Shown here: positions 31,712 to 41,330 of the stretch, piece by piece
How positions within the stretch are numbered: position 1 is the stretch's first letter
Layout of the letters: every line of letters begins with the position of its first letter
Source of the DNA: a virus
Length of the DNA stretch: 64,000 nt
Virus record (IMG/VR): IMGVR_UViG_3300020578_000011
Direction: 5' to 3' (one strand)
Program-made: the position numbers and the translations under genes
Notes under the pieces: model-generated
What the model was told of the DNA's origin: nothing
Databases searched by the model: none
Seen by the model: the letters and a program-made list of their open reading frames with translations, nothing else

Positions 31712-32378
31712 TTGGAACCTCTCTTGAGAAAAAATGCTTTCGATTATATCTATTTTCTAATATTCTTTCTATATCTATAACTCTATGAATATTTAAGATA
31801 TTATAGCCTAATAAAACAACACCGGATTTTAAATCCATATTTAAAATTGTATATTTTTTATTTTTCAATGTTAACAAAGAATCAGATACATAAATAGTAT
31901 CTCCAGCTTTTAACTGATTAAAAAATATCACAAATTTTTCTTTAGTCCAATTTTGAGAATTTTGTGATATTTTTTTATTATATCTATTTATTTTTGCAAT
32001 AGTTTTTCTTCTTTCTTTATGTTTTTCTTGTTGCTCTTTCATGTAGTTATGATTTTGATCTATTAAAGTAGAAACCAATTGATTTTCATCTGTTTTTAAA
32101 TTTAAATATTCATTTAAACATCTAGGTTTTCCATAATTCTTTCCATCTTGCAACAACTGTCTGCCTATTACAAGACCTGGTTCTACTACTTCATCGACTA
32201 TAAAAAGTGTATTATCTATTCTTTGACCTCTAGAATCAACACGATAAACATGATCCCCATTTTTTGGTAAAATTTGATTTTTTAAAAAATTATAAAGATC
32301 AATAAATCTATATAATTTTTTATCTTTAAGCATAGCTTCTTTAAAAGAGGCATGTTTATCTTTAAACAAGATCGTCAT
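31683..32378 (-). CDS. Hypothetical protein
   Basis: Long ORF tiled between neighbours. Confidence 0.55.
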   Translation of the reverse strand: MTILFKDKHASFKEAMLKDKKLYRFIDLYNFLKNQILPKNGDHVYRVDSRGQRIDNTLFIVDEVVEPGLVIGRQLLQDGKNYGKPRCLNEYLNLKTDENQLVSTLIDQNHNYMKEQQEKHKERRKTIAKINRYNKKISQNSQNWTKEKFVIFFNQLKAGDTIYVSDSLLTLKNKKYTILNMDLKSGVVLLGYNILNIHRVIDIERILENRYNRKHFFSREVPIGLDDFSIV

Positions 32379-32583
32379 TAAGTTCCTCTTTGTCTTTAAG
32401 AAAGTCATATTCATAGTTTATTTGTTTATCTGGTATTTTTTGAGACTTGTATCTAAGTCCTTTTACCTTTTGAGTAATCTTACCTCTAATAGGACAATTG
32501 TATGTTATTTCAACCCATATTTCAGATTCTATTAATTGATTTTCTGGTTGTGTTATTTTTTCTTTTTGTTTTTTTTTGCTCAT
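32362..32583 (-). CDS. Hypothetical protein
   Basis: ATGA overlap with the upstream gene. Confidence 0.55.
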   Translation of the reverse strand: MSKKKQKEKITQPENQLIESEIWVEITYNCPIRGKITQKVKGLRYKSQKIPDKQINYEYDFLKDKEELNDDLV

Positions 32584-33140
32584 CTAATACAACCTCTTCC
32601 TAATTCATAAATGTTTCCGTATTCTGCTATTAATATGTTTTTTATTGCACCTTGATAAATAGAAACAATTTTTGGAGCAGATTTTGATTCTACAAACTCA
32701 ACCCAAGTGCACAAGTCTCCATACGCAAGACCTTCCCAATATGCTGCAATTGGAGTTGTTAATGTTGCAACAAATCTATCGCAATTATCTTCAGCATATG
32801 CTTTTTGATTAAGCATCAATGCTTCATTAGTGTTTTTAATAGACTCAGATATATCTTTATCATTTTCCATTTTTCCAGATTTTATATGCTCAATAGAAGG
32901 ATTAAAGGCCGAATTTCTCGGCGCAGACAAATCTACAACAAGATGAAATCTTGTCATGGTCAACAAGACGGCTATTGGGCATTTTATAGATACGACAACA
33001 CGTGGTATCGAAAGTATTGATGGTTTAAAGACATTAGAATAATATTGATTAAGTATGTGTTTGGTTTTTTCCCCATCTGGAGAAGAAGAAAATAAATAAA
33101 CATATCCACTATCTAACACGGGCAATAGATAAGGCTTCAT
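32580..33140 (-). CDS. Degenerate ThyX-fold protein (catalytic motif absent)
   Basis: PVLDSGYVYL, IKCPI.V and R..A....P...Y.E.....L..W..F segments parallel ThyX; no RHR..S.RY motif. Confidence 0.45.
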   Translation of the reverse strand: MKPYLLPVLDSGYVYLFSSSPDGEKTKHILNQYYSNVFKPSILSIPRVVVSIKCPIAVLLTMTRFHLVVDLSAPRNSAFNPSIEHIKSGKMENDKDISESIKNTNEALMLNQKAYAEDNCDRFVATLTTPIAAYWEGLAYGDLCTWVEFVESKSAPKIVSIYQGAIKNILIAEYGNIYELGRGCIR

Positions 33141-33538
33141 TTATCTTCCTCTGATGAGTTTTCTATTATTTTAGCCTTACTAGTATACTCTGTGCTATCG
33201 AATGTCTGCAGCATACGCTCGAGTAAGATATCGGCAGCTCTAAATTGAACATATTCAGTTGTGTCTATATCTAACCATCTGCAGGCTTTTTTATAATCTT
33301 TATTTAAGATATAAACTTTTGCATTATTTTGATCTTCTGTCCACATTCTAGATACTTCTTGTACCATTTCATCAAATGAATAAGGACCGTGTATTGTTGT
33401 ACAAATAAATCTACCCTTATCTCTTGGGCCCGATGACACTGCTACGGTGAACACTTCACTATGTAGGTTTGACAAATCCATATGTTCTGTTAGAGGATTA
33501 AATACTGTTTCTAATTCTAGAGATTCTTCTGTATTCAT
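33137..33538 (-). CDS. Hypothetical protein
   Basis: ATG 33538 after SD GGGGAG; early motif upstream. Confidence 0.6.
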   Translation of the reverse strand: MNTEESLELETVFNPLTEHMDLSNLHSEVFTVAVSSGPRDKGRFICTTIHGPYSFDEMVQEVSRMWTEDQNNAKVYILNKDYKKACRWLDIDTTEYVQFRAADILLERMLQTFDSTEYTSKAKIIENSSEEDK

Positions 33539-33566
33539 TTTTCTCCCCCACAACATTTTTATATAA

Positions 33567-33576
33567 AAGAATCGGA
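33567..33576 (-). promoter_or_regulatory. TCCGATTCT motif (putative early/middle promoter)
   Basis: 28 nt upstream of ATG 33538. Confidence 0.7.
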
Positions 33577-33577
33577 T

Positions 33578-34348
33578 CTAACCTATCATTTTTAAAATAA
33601 CTGAAAGATCTTTTTCATACATATGCATCGAATGAGCTATATGAGTATATGAGCCTGTTTTTAAATTTGGATATTTATCTAATAATTCTAGAGTCATTTT
33701 ATTTTGTAAATAAACAAAAAATGGAACATCATAAACTGTTCCTCTTAATACATCATTGCTGCGCATTACCGCGGTCATGTTTAAATTTTCATTTCTTATA
33801 CTAAAAGAAACATGCATCGTACATGGAAAATCTTTATTACCAATCCACGCATGATAAGGTTTGTTTATTCTCATTACTGCTTGTCTTGAATCTTTGTCAT
33901 TCAATAAGCTCTGTTTAGCCCATTCCCATGGGGTTCTTTTAAACGAAGACATATCACATGCAAGAGTATTTGGATATGATTCATACGAGCCGTCGCCTTC
34001 GCTGTGATCTTTCATTGTTAAAAAACCATAGTTAGAATTTACAGTACCATCTGGATTTGCTATTTTATTCCAAAACTTACTTATCTTAGTGGCCGACTCC
34101 ACTGATCTAAAACCAGACAGATACCATTCCATTTCTTTTATAGTATAGTCTTTTATTATTGTATTTCTTTCTAAATCATTTGTAATAATAGATTCTGAAG
34201 TAGGTTTTTTTACTTCAAAAATATAATTAGATATTTCTCTAATCAATTGCCCACGTGGAGACGACAGATTTTCATAATTTTCAACTATATTTTTTAATAA
34301 ATCTAAATACGCCTCACTAGTTGTCGTATATGTTAATTTGTTATTCAT
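33578..34348 (-). CDS. Thymidylate-synthase-fold enzyme, predicted dCMP hydroxymethyl/methyltransferase
   Basis: DSRQA, DFPCT (catalytic Cys), MRSND...G..YD (Asp at the E. coli ThyA N177 position), H.AHSMH.Y. Confidence 0.8.
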   Translation of the reverse strand: MNNKLTYTTTSEAYLDLLKNIVENYENLSSPRGQLIREISNYIFEVKKPTSESIITNDLERNTIIKDYTIKEMEWYLSGFRSVESATKISKFWNKIANPDGTVNSNYGFLTMKDHSEGDGSYESYPNTLACDMSSFKRTPWEWAKQSLLNDKDSRQAVMRINKPYHAWIGNKDFPCTMHVSFSIRNENLNMTAVMRSNDVLRGTVYDVPFFVYLQNKMTLELLDKYPNLKTGSYTHIAHSMHMYEKDLSVILKMIG

Positions 34349-34350
34349 GA

Positions 34351-34542
34351 TTACTTCTTGATATTAAGATTAGCCGTTGAAGAACAAAGATTATCGTATG
34401 CTTCGTTTAAAATATATGATGCTTTTGTTATTTCATAATTATACTCTTGAAGAACAGCTGCTCTTCCATATACATATCCACATGTGAAGATAAGAGACGT
34501 ACATATAACAATAATCCAGTTTCTCTTATCTCTATTACTCAT
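34351..34542 (-). CDS. Small membrane-anchored protein
   Basis: N-terminal hydrophobic helix. Confidence 0.5.
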   Translation of the reverse strand: MSNRDKRNWIIVICTSLIFTCGYVYGRAAVLQEYNYEITKASYILNEAYDNLCSSTANLNIKK

Positions 34543-34909
34543 CTTGAGTTTCCTTCAGTATTTTTTCTATTTGATGATGCCAAACTCCATAACCATATCT
34601 TTTTTTTGTTATTCTTTTTAAGAGTTGACCGCCTCGATTAAAGATATGAGTAAAAATAAAAGTAGATTCTTTTACAGAGAGTCCACTTGGAGTTTTGTGA
34701 TTTGGATTGTATTTTTGCAAAGCAACAAAAACCTCAGTCAGTAAATACTGACGAATATCTTTTATTGTAAGACCAGAGTTTCCAAGAAAAACATCTTGTT
34801 TATCTTTGTTAAGAGATGCCTCTCTCCAATTTTTTATAACTGATTTTCTAATATATGAATCAACCATTGATGTGTATTTTTTCACATCTTCATCGGTTAT
34901 TTTTCTCAT
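34535..34909 (-). CDS. Second sigma region-2-like small protein
   Basis: Y..MV...I.....D..Q......F.ALQKYNP.....STFIF..I.NR pattern. Confidence 0.5.
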   Translation of the reverse strand: MRKITDEDVKKYTSMVDSYIRKSVIKNWREASLNKDKQDVFLGNSGLTIKDIRQYLLTEVFVALQKYNPNHKTPSGLSVKESTFIFTHIFNRGGQLLKRITKKRYGYGVWHHQIEKILKETQDE

Positions 34910-34910
34910 T

Positions 34911-35420
34911 TTAGCCGCCGTATTTTTTATTTAAATCTTTGCACAATTGTAAAAGAACTTTTTCATTCATTTTTTCTTTTTGATTTGTTTCATATATGGC
35001 AATAATTAGATTAATTAATTCCTGATTGTTCGTTAAACAATGTTCCATTGAGCCGTATAAAGATAGATGTGAAGCTTGTTTATTGATTAGATTAACAAAA
35101 TAAACTCTTTTATCTAATCTAGAACCTTTTTGAGAAGCTTTCATGTCATCGAGCTGACTTGTCAATGAGGTTAGGGCATGGATCATTGTTTTGATTTTGT
35201 TTACAGAATATTCATTGTTTTCTGTTTGTAATTGTATATTTTTACGTACTAAATTATAAAAATTTTCACTAATATCAAACTGATCTGGCATTGCGTTTAT
35301 AAAAGCACTGTTTTTAGGATAAAAAACATTTTTAGTAGAAGACAAAACCATGACTCTGGATGGTGGTACTATTTTTTCTACAATTTTAAGTAATTTTTCT
35401 AAATAGACAAAATTGCTCAT
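34911..35420 (-). CDS. Hypothetical protein
   Basis: 169-aa ORF; ATGA overlap. Confidence 0.55.
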   Translation of the reverse strand: MSNFVYLEKLLKIVEKIVPPSRVMVLSSTKNVFYPKNSAFINAMPDQFDISENFYNLVRKNIQLQTENNEYSVNKIKTMIHALTSLTSQLDDMKASQKGSRLDKRVYFVNLINKQASHLSLYGSMEHCLTNNQELINLIIAIYETNQKEKMNEKVLLQLCKDLNKKYGG

Positions 35421-36172
35421 AATACCTCCTGAATAGAATAAATCGCTTTACCTGAGTGCGTCATTAATTTAAATCTAGTAAGATTAGTGTAGGCCGCAAG
35501 ATCTCCTGTTTTTACATAACTATCACACCATTCTGCTATAGATTTCATTACTTCATATTTTCTTATTCTAAATAAATTATTTTGTATATTTACATATATA
35601 CCTTCGCGCAATTGAAATCCTAGTGATCTATTGTCTTTACTTCTTGTTGAAGAAGCAATTCCAAAAATATCACACAATTCTAATATTCTTTTTCTTTCAT
35701 AATATTTATAGTCAAAATAATTCCATCTATAAAAATGTTGCAATCTATGCATTGCATACTCTAATAGATCCTCGTTATCTATAGAGGTTTTTTTCTTTTT
35801 AAGAAAAATATCATGACTTGATTCTCCGGTAAAGATATCTATTTCTGTGTCTTTATGTAATTCTATTTCAAACAATAATTTAAAACGAACTGGATCGACC
35901 ACATAATCACTTAATTCTGTTAAAAATTTACTTGGATTAGATGCTTTCATAATTGCAATTGTTTCAGTAATTGCGCTATTGCAACTGTGTAGCATGTCTA
36001 TAGAAGCGTATCTAGGATCGGTTGTTGCAGATTTTAAAATATGTTCTTTTGATAATTTTACAATATCTGGAAAATTAGAATATAAACTTTCTACATTGTC
36101 AACAAATGGCTCTGTTGCTTGGCTAATGAAATCAAGGTTTTCATAAAAATCATCTTTATAAATAGAATTCAT
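35417..36172 (-). CDS. Hypothetical protein
   Basis: 251-aa ORF; SD GGGAGGG; early motif upstream. Confidence 0.6.
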   Translation of the reverse strand: MNSIYKDDFYENLDFISQATEPFVDNVESLYSNFPDIVKLSKEHILKSATTDPRYASIDMLHSCNSAITETIAIMKASNPSKFLTELSDYVVDPVRFKLLFEIELHKDTEIDIFTGESSHDIFLKKKKTSIDNEDLLEYAMHRLQHFYRWNYFDYKYYERKRILELCDIFGIASSTRSKDNRSLGFQLREGIYVNIQNNLFRIRKYEVMKSIAEWCDSYVKTGDLAAYTNLTRFKLMTHSGKAIYSIQEVL

Positions 36173-36192
36173 ATGCCCTCCCTGGAAAAGAA

Positions 36193-36202
36193 TAGAATCG
36201 GA
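36193..36202 (-). promoter_or_regulatory. TCCGATTCTA motif
   Basis: 20 nt upstream of ATG 36172. Confidence 0.75.
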
Positions 36203-36204
36203 AA

Positions 36205-36498
36205 TTACTCCGGCATTGAATATCCTAGTTCTTTAGCTTTCTTCATAGAAAGCGAACCTCGTTCTTCTCCAGGTCTTTTTGTTCTTTCAACGCCAAATTT
36301 ATCAAAATTTACATAACGACCTTCTAATTCAACTAATTGATATACTGTTCCAAATTGATCTTGAAAATGATGATTAACACCTTGTTGTTTTACTAACTCT
36401 TTAATTATTGATTGATATTCTTCAAAAAATCTTTTTACTTCTTCTTTTTTTCTATCCAATTCAATCAACCTTAAATGAAGCTCAGTCAAGTGATTCAT
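36205..36498 (-). CDS. Hypothetical protein
   Basis: 97-aa ORF. Confidence 0.6.
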   Translation of the reverse strand: MNHLTELHLRLIELDRKKEEVKRFFEEYQSIIKELVKQQGVNHHFQDQFGTVYQLVELEGRYVNFDKFGVERTKRPGEERGSLSMKKAKELGYSMPE

Positions 36499-36716
36499 TA
36501 ATCAAAATCTCCCATTATTAGTTGAACAATGTCTAATTCATGGTCTTGCTTTTTCTCAGCAGGGCCATATTGACCTGTGTCTAAAAACCAATACCCGCCT
36601 TGTTTTGGTTTACTAGGTTCAATAATTATTCCATATGCATATATAGAACTTTGATCAAATATTTCGACTTCTATTCCATTGCGACATTCATATATGCCGC
36701 CCTGATCAATTTTCAT
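36498..36716 (-). CDS. Hypothetical protein
   Basis: Y..RNG..V.I...W...G.Y.....DI pattern of small phage proteins. Confidence 0.55.
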   Translation of the reverse strand: MKIDQGGIYECRNGIEVEIFDQSSIYAYGIIIEPSKPKQGGYWFLDTGQYGPAEKKQDHELDIVQLIMGDFD

Positions 36717-36717
36717 T

Positions 36718-36957
36718 TTATGCTTCTTCTTTTCTTGCTTTTAAATATAAATTTGCAAGATTTACTGCTTGTTCTAGTGAAAGAATACTAGTGTCATCGC
36801 GATCAACTGACCATTCTAAATCTGTACATAAAAACTCATCTGTTTCATTTTGAACAACATACATATATTTGTTTGGTCTAATTTTTCTGATCCAAATGCC
36901 ATGTTTTGAATCAACAAGAAATTCTGTAGCAATTTTAATCATTAATTTCGTATCCAT
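36718..36957 (-). CDS. Hypothetical protein
   Basis: ATG 36957 after AGGAG. Confidence 0.55.
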   Translation of the reverse strand: MDTKLMIKIATEFLVDSKHGIWIRKIRPNKYMYVVQNETDEFLCTDLEWSVDRDDTSILSLEQAVNLANLYLKARKEEA

Positions 36958-36965
36958 AGAATCTC

Positions 36966-37289
36966 CTATATAACAAACCAATCATTTTTCTTCTTATCAA
37001 CTATTTCATATAGTTCTTCTTTTGATATGTCCATTATCTTGGAAGCAAAATCAATAGAGATCATATCTTTAGATACCATTCTAATTAAAATTTCATTTCC
37101 AGATGGGAATGGAATCGGATCTAACTGGTTTTGTTCTAAAAGCCAGTTGTGCATTGTCCATTTTATTTCAAAATTCTTTTTATCATCAATATTGGCAGAT
37201 GACCACAGTGCTATGGCATACCATTTTTTGCATTGCTCATATAAGATTTTATATGAACGTTTTTTATTCTTCTTTTTCTGAGTCGTCAT
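36966..37289 (-). CDS. Hypothetical protein
   Basis: 107 aa; TCCGATTCTA at 37321-37330 upstream. Confidence 0.55.
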   Translation of the reverse strand: MTTQKKKNKKRSYKILYEQCKKWYAIALWSSANIDDKKNFEIKWTMHNWLLEQNQLDPIPFPSGNEILIRMVSKDMISIDFASKIMDISKEELYEIVDKKKNDWFVI

Positions 37290-37599
37290 CAGATCTTACA
37301 ACCCTTAATTTAGAATTGTTTAGAATCGGATCTAACTTTTCTCTATTTATTTTTTCTAATGGTTTTATTTTTTTTGAATTATTTTTCATCTCTGGAGATT
37401 TGCATAAATCATAAATAGCAGTTGGAGAATATCCTTTTGCCCTAAGTATCTCTGTGGTTGCAGTTGTATATAGTTTTTCGTATTTAATCTTCCAATCATC
37501 ATCGCTTTTTATTTGACCATATAAAAAAGACACTCTGGCAACACATCCGATAATAATAAGTAAACATGTCACACTGAAAATAAGAGATAATAAAACCAT
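37264..37599 (-). CDS. Membrane-anchored hypothetical protein
   Basis: N-terminal TM helix; SD GGGAGG. Confidence 0.6.
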   Translation of the reverse strand: MVLLSLIFSVTCLLIIIGCVARVSFLYGQIKSDDDWKIKYEKLYTTATTEILRAKGYSPTAIYDLCKSPEMKNNSKKIKPLEKINREKLDPILNNSKLRVVRSDDDSEKEE

Positions 37600-37649
37600 A
37601 AAACCTCCCTTATTTGAGATTATACTTTTTATATTTTATATAAGTTAAA

Positions 37650-38126
37650 TTATTTGTTTTTTAATTTATTTTTCCAGTTTTTTAGTTTTTTCTCATCAAC
37701 GTCGTGACGACCTCGATTTAAATTTTCTGGAACTGCTCTAACATTTGATGATTCATAGCCTTTTCCATTGTCTTTTCTATCTGGGCTAAGTTTTTGTCCA
37801 GTTTTACTTTCTGCATTTTTTATTTTATTAACTATTTCTTTTCTAGTTCCATTGCCCCTAGTCGTGCCCTTTGCAGTCGGATGGCCTCCAGCTTTGCCTT
37901 TTTGACGGCGTAGGGCATCATCTGCTTTTGTTTGCGCCCTTTGCCAATGTCCTGGCGTTTTCTTAGCCCTAGCTAACTTATCTAAACAAGCACGACATCT
38001 TCCAGATGGGTTTGAAGAATCCGCAGACTTGCCTCCACAACGAGGGCAGGATTTTGATAGAATTTGTAAAGCTAACAAATCTATTTTTGAAAAAGATTCT
38101 TCTTCAGATGTTTCTATATTGTTCAT
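37650..38126 (-). CDS. Zinc-finger + His-Me/HNH-like (S.DR.D...GY...NV...N) protein
   Basis: CPRC..CRAC; LSPDRKDNGKGYESSNVRAVPENLN; late-type box TGGTATTAT upstream. Confidence 0.6.
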   Translation of the reverse strand: MNNIETSEEESFSKIDLLALQILSKSCPRCGGKSADSSNPSGRCRACLDKLARAKKTPGHWQRAQTKADDALRRQKGKAGGHPTAKGTTRGNGTRKEIVNKIKNAESKTGQKLSPDRKDNGKGYESSNVRAVPENLNRGRHDVDEKKLKNWKNKLKNK

Positions 38127-38166
38127 ATTGTGCCCCTATTAAATAATACCACACGCTATCGGTGTA

Positions 38167-38805
38167 TCATTTACTAGCAAGAACTATTTGGCATATATGC
38201 TCAAGTCTCTCTATATGCTCAAAAGCAGCCCACGGATTTGGGCCTACTGCAACAACGCCATGTCTATCTAGGCCGCATATATCAACAGTTGGGTTCTTGA
38301 ACCAGTCAATGTCACCCCCGTCTGATTCGATTAATTGGCTCTGATTTGTCATGTAGGCATAAGTATACTGAGCTAGTTCTTTTGATATGGCTGGTTTAAA
38401 AGGCACGTTCTCACCAACGATGGTGTATCTGTTTATTTCTGGGAATAAAGAAGCTATGTTTTTCAGGCTATAACCTGAATACATAGCTGCTATTATATAA
38501 GTGGGATGAAGATGCACAACAGCTCTGCATTCGTTAGAAGATCTCTGAAGAAGTTCGTGCATTTCTAATTCGCCACTTGGTTTGTCAGAGTCTGACACTG
38601 TTACGTGGTGTTTTTTTTGAGTTTCATCTATTTGCCATTTCATTTTAATAACAGATTCTGGCTGTATCGTCGGTTTTCTAACTCCAGACGGAGTTATATA
38701 AAGTACTTTTGAATTTTTACGATGCAAAGAAATATTACCATCTCTAGTTGAGATCCAACCTCGTTTATAAGCTTCTCTCATTACATCGCCAATTGCGGTT
38801 AGCAT
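38167..38805 (-). CDS. Class II aldolase/adducin family protein
   Basis: DGNIS, ITPSG, KPSGELEMH, VVHLHP, HGVVAVG. Confidence 0.9.
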   Translation of the reverse strand: MLTAIGDVMREAYKRGWISTRDGNISLHRKNSKVLYITPSGVRKPTIQPESVIKMKWQIDETQKKHHVTVSDSDKPSGELEMHELLQRSSNECRAVVHLHPTYIIAAMYSGYSLKNIASLFPEINRYTIVGENVPFKPAISKELAQYTYAYMTNQSQLIESDGGDIDWFKNPTVDICGLDRHGVVAVGPNPWAAFEHIERLEHICQIVLASK

Positions 38806-38814
38806 AATCTTTCC

Positions 38815-39825
38815 TTATTTGCCGTGTGCATAATTTTCTTTTATAGAGCTATTGCTAATTAAATTAAATATTGCTTTTTCTCTAAATTGTCTTAAATCAA
38901 CAGCTCCGACATATGTCAGTGCGGATCTTATCCCACCATCGATATCTTTTATAATCTCTACAACAGAGCCCTTATAGGGTGTTTTAAACAACTCTCCTTC
39001 TGCACAGCTCCAATCTTTGCCTTGATCAACATAAGATTCTTTAGAAGCAGATCCTCTGTATATTTTATATGCTTTTCCTTCGATGATGGAAATGTTTCCC
39101 GGTGTTTCTTTTGTTCCTGCGATCATTCCACCAAGCATCACCATGCGAGCGCCCGCAGCTAAGGCTTTTGCAACATCGCCAGAGGTTCTTATTCCACCAT
39201 CTGCTATCATTGGTATATTTGTTTGATTACAACTAATTAATGCTGAAATTTGAGGGACACCGCATCCAGTTTTAATTCTAGTTGTGCATGCAGAGCCAGG
39301 TCCAATTCCAACTTTTATAGCATCTGGTTTGTATCCAAGATGATTACAAAATTTCTCAACACTGTTTTTATTTCCAAAATTTCCAACAATTAAAAATACG
39401 TGTGGAAATTTTAATTTAACATATTTATAAAAATTAACAACCTGCATTTGAGCAGCGTGTGCAACATCTATCGTTACTATTTCTGCTCCTACGTCTATTA
39501 AACTTTCTAATCTTTGTTTTTCTAAATCAGAAATACCAATAGATACCCATGGTGCTTTATTGGTATGTTTTTTAACTTTTAAAAAGTTAATTACATTTTC
39601 TTCAATTGTACAAAAACGATGAAGACAACCCATGGCACCAGTGGATATAAGTGTCTCAGCCATCTCTGGTCCACATACTGTATCCATATTTGCTGCGACT
39701 ATAGGTAATTGTAATTTTGTTTTTTCATCATTTAAACAAGATACTGTATTTACTTCTTTTCTACTTGAAACAGTGGAAAAAGAAGGCTCGATCAACACGT
39801 CATCAAAGGTTATTAATTTATCCAT
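38815..39825 (-). CDS. IMP dehydrogenase / GMP reductase family (no CBS domain)
   Basis: [54 protein letters not shown]...EG. Confidence 0.9.
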   Translation of the reverse strand: MDKLITFDDVLIEPSFSTVSSRKEVNTVSCLNDEKTKLQLPIVAANMDTVCGPEMAETLISTGAMGCLHRFCTIEENVINFLKVKKHTNKAPWVSIGISDLEKQRLESLIDVGAEIVTIDVAHAAQMQVVNFYKYVKLKFPHVFLIVGNFGNKNSVEKFCNHLGYKPDAIKVGIGPGSACTTRIKTGCGVPQISALISCNQTNIPMIADGGIRTSGDVAKALAAGARMVMLGGMIAGTKETPGNISIIEGKAYKIYRGSASKESYVDQGKDWSCAEGELFKTPYKGSVVEIIKDIDGGIRSALTYVGAVDLRQFREKAIFNLISNSSIKENYAHGK

Positions 39826-39837
39826 TTTGCCTTTCTA

Positions 39838-40107
39838 TTAATCGTATTCACCATATGAATATTGTGAATGTTTAAAGCCAATGTATTCGCTATCGCCCTT
39901 GTCTTTTGTACTTTTTCTATTTGGACAATTTTTTGGAAAATGCGTTTTCATGCATAATTTACATCCCAGATCATTTGGGTTTTCTTTTTTTGAAAGCTTG
40001 GCATAGTGATCAACCATAAGCCAAGAAGTGTCTCCTATCTTATCTTGATCTTCTAAAAGTTTTCGAAGTTCATCTTTTTCTTTTTCTGTTAGTCTCGGTG
40101 TTGTCAT
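39838..40107 (-). CDS. Hypothetical protein with zinc-knuckle-like motif
   Basis: CKLC...H....C. Confidence 0.5.
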   Translation of the reverse strand: MTTPRLTEKEKDELRKLLEDQDKIGDTSWLMVDHYAKLSKKENPNDLGCKLCMKTHFPKNCPNRKSTKDKGDSEYIGFKHSQYSYGEYD

Positions 40108-40307
40108 TGTGAGCATACCTGTTCTGATAATACTGGATATTCTTTCAATGTTTTAATACGATTTCCCTTTCTAGAAACAGCAGTAACTCCACACAAACCC
40201 TTACCGTCACATCCGCCAATAGAGTCGATATAATAAGTATCAGTACAACCATGCCTAAGCCCAACGCATCCAGTTGTAAAAAAAAACAATATTAACAATG
40301 ATCTCAT
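40104..40307 (-). CDS. Small Cys-rich lipoprotein
   Basis: Signal peptide with TTGC lipobox-like site. Confidence 0.55.
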   Translation of the reverse strand: MRSLLILFFFTTGCVGLRHGCTDTYYIDSIGGCDGKGLCGVTAVSRKGNRIKTLKEYPVLSEQVCSQ

Positions 40308-40316
40308 TTTAACCTC

Positions 40317-41330
40317 TTAAAAATCGTCATCTACGTAGTTAAAACCTAATCTACTATCGCTTTTACGATGTGAAGATTCTTCTGCTTTTTTTCTTTGTTC
40401 TAATAATTCCTCTACTGCTTTTTCTAAAGGCATATCGTATAATTCATGACGAAGAACCGCTTCCTTTGAATATGCAGGAGTCATTTTTGTGCCTTTAAAG
40501 GCTTCTTTTTCTGAGTCGTTTAATTTTCTTTCTATGAATTTTTCAACAAGCCAAATAATCTCTTCGTCTTTCGGTCTTTCAACCTCTCTGACAATATCAA
40601 ATCTACCTGGTCTGCTTGTTAGAGTCTTATTCAGACTGTCTAAGTAGTTTGTTGTGGCAACTATCATTGTTGGAATCTTAAATAAATCAGAGTTGCCATC
40701 AAGAAAGTTTAACATAGAAGGATCGACTCTTTCTGCTCTTTGATCAAGTCCAGATCCTCCAATGTCTTCTATTACTAGTACAATAAAATCAACCTTTGAA
40801 GCATCTGAGGCCATAAACATATCTGTTATTGTCTCAAAACTAACTTCATCTGAGTCGATTCTTAATATACATATTTTTTCAAGTTTGTTCATTTGTCTAC
40901 AAAAAAAGTTTATCAAAGAGCTTTTTCCAACACCTGGCTCTGATCCAAAAAGAAAACCACGTTTTGGTGGAATATTTCTCTTACGATACGTATTTATATT
41001 TTTTCTAAAAACTTCAAAATGTTTCATTAATTCTTTTGAAGAATCAGTTTCGTAATAAGTAAAGTCTATTAAATCCATTTTAATTAGACCTTCTTGAGGA
41101 GTTATTCTCCATGCTCCAGGTGTTATTTCATACGATTGTTTTTTCTTTTTGCTTGAAATAACATCCATGTCTAACAGATATGGTTCGCTTATCTGCGAAA
41201 CTCTTCCACTTTCTTTTACTTCTTCAATTGTTTTATTTACAACTAATTGATAGTTGCCAAGTTCTATTTCAATGCCAGGTTTTAGACGAGTTATAGATCT
41301 AACTTTTGCTATTTTTTTATTTTCACTCAT
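40317..41330 (-). CDS. AAA+ ATPase
   Basis: KRGFLFGSEPGVGKS, VIEDI, ATTN, RPGRFD. Confidence 0.9.
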   Translation of the reverse strand: MSENKKIAKVRSITRLKPGIEIELGNYQLVVNKTIEEVKESGRVSQISEPYLLDMDVISSKKKKQSYEITPGAWRITPQEGLIKMDLIDFTYYETDSSKELMKHFEVFRKNINTYRKRNIPPKRGFLFGSEPGVGKSSLINFFCRQMNKLEKICILRIDSDEVSFETITDMFMASDASKVDFIVLVIEDIGGSGLDQRAERVDPSMLNFLDGNSDLFKIPTMIVATTNYLDSLNKTLTSRPGRFDIVREVERPKDEEIIWLVEKFIERKLNDSEKEAFKGTKMTPAYSKEAVLRHELYDMPLEKAVEELLEQRKKAEESSHRKSDSRLGFNYVDDDF

